The notes beneath the pieces were generated by a model that did no database searches, was not told where the DNA came from, and saw nothing but the letters and a program-made list of their open reading frames with translations. Shown here piece after piece: positions 62,976-64,000 of a stretch of DNA of 64,000 nucleotides. The position numbers were made by a program, and so were the translations under genes. Numbering within the stretch: position 1 is the first letter of the stretch; every line of letters begins with the position of its first letter. The DNA comes from Eledone cirrhosa (lineage: Eukaryota), in the NCBI GenBank assembly GCA_964016885.1, contig OZ024748.1, positions 4,030,001 to 4,094,000 on the forward strand, in the 5' to 3' direction.

Positions 62976-63261
62976 CTGCGAAAATTAGAGGTATCACGTA
63001 TACATACTCATGTATATATATATATATACGCACAAACATATATATATATATATATATATATACCGCCACACACTAACATACATATGCATTCAGACGTTTT
63101 CAAACACACACAAACCCCCTCCCCTCCGCCACATATATATGTATATATGATATACACACCTCCATGCATATATAATTATGAGTGTACACGAGGAACAATC
63201 TTTCCTTTAAATGTGTTATTTTGAAAACACTTTAATACTGCGACTGCGAGTAAATGAAGTC

Positions 63262-63345
63262 TCGTTGGCTTAGTGGTTAGGGTGTTTGGCTGGCGATCGT
63301 AATGTTGTACCTTCGATTCTGGGCGATGCGCTGTGTTCTTGACGT
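63262..63345 (+). mobile_element. tRNA-derived SINE head
   Basis: TGGCTTAGTGGTTAGGGTG A-box, TTCGATTC B-box-like. Confidence 0.55.
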
Positions 63346-63403
63346 CCACACATCTTCTACCATAGCAGGAGGTCAATAAAATACTCATAGAAAGTGTGTG
63401 GAA

Positions 63404-63499
63404 GTCTGTTTCTGTTTTGAAGTGATAAACTTAATTGGTGACCAAGTGATAAACTTAATTGGTCACCAATTAAGTTTATCACTTCAAAACAAAGACAGA
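63404..63499. repeat. Palindrome with internal partial duplication
   Basis: TGTTTTGAAGTGATAAACTTAATTGGTGACCAA ... TTGGTCACCAATTAAGTTTATCACTTCAAAACA. Confidence 0.85.
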
Positions 63500-63502
63500 G
63501 AG

Positions 63503-63693
63503 TACGTGAATTATTGACGGACGTCAGAATGAAAACTCAATACCGAAGTAGAGCTTAAATATTCATTTATTATGGCTAGGCCTTGTTACTCTGGAGTCTC
63601 AAATGCGAACTCACTAGACAATACTGGTTGGACCTGTGAGTGCGCAGGTGAAACTTTAGAGTAACAAATCTCAACAATAGCCATAATAAATGA

Positions 63694-63695
<2 letters not shown>
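63503..63695. mobile_element. Family E fold-back element with partial hammerhead
   Basis: IR ATTCATTTATTATGGCTA..TTGTTACTCTGGAGT / ACTTTAGAGTAACAA..TAGCCATAATAAATGAAT; ACCTG-loop-CAGGT-GAAA (63650-53)-CTTTAGAG-TA. Confidence 0.6.
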
Positions 63696-63753
<58 letters not shown>

Positions 63754-63910
63754 GTGTATATATATATATAAAATAAAGGAGTGAAGAATAACATGGATCG
63801 CTTAAACAGTAGGTGTTATTCCAAGTATTACCAAATGTTTGATTGGTCCGGTGTGTCTAAAAACCGCTATCTGTAGTTGGGTTGCCCCTTAAACGACACC
63901 TCGTTAACTT

Positions 63911-63963
<53 letters not shown>

Positions 63964-64000
63964 AATCTCTCTCTCTATATATATATATATAGAATAGATA

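Overview
Eukaryotic, gene-poor, extremely microsatellite-rich DNA: (TA)n, (CA)n, (GA)n, (ATAG)n and trinucleotide arrays. The SINE families and repeat landscape suggest an octopus/cephalopod genome (inference). Nearly all ORFs in the track are simple-repeat artefacts. The recognisable elements are a 5'-truncated, inactivated RTE-type LINE (40885-42339, plus a 3' fragment at 58741), a Tigger/pogo deletion derivative, a non-autonomous hAT element with an 8-bp TSD, a Tc1/mariner MITE, about 20 tRNA-derived SINE copies and several minisatellites. The most notable signal is a set of at least 6 short non-coding repeat families (about 25 copies and fragments) that sit almost exclusively inside (TA)n tracts. 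Several form fold-back inverted repeats, and several carry recognisable minimal hammerhead-ribozyme cores (CUGANGA-stem II-GAAA-short/palindromic stem III-UH). They look like non-autonomous Penelope-like or retrozyme-like retroelements targeted to TA microsatellites. All structures were read by eye; no searches or folding programs were run.
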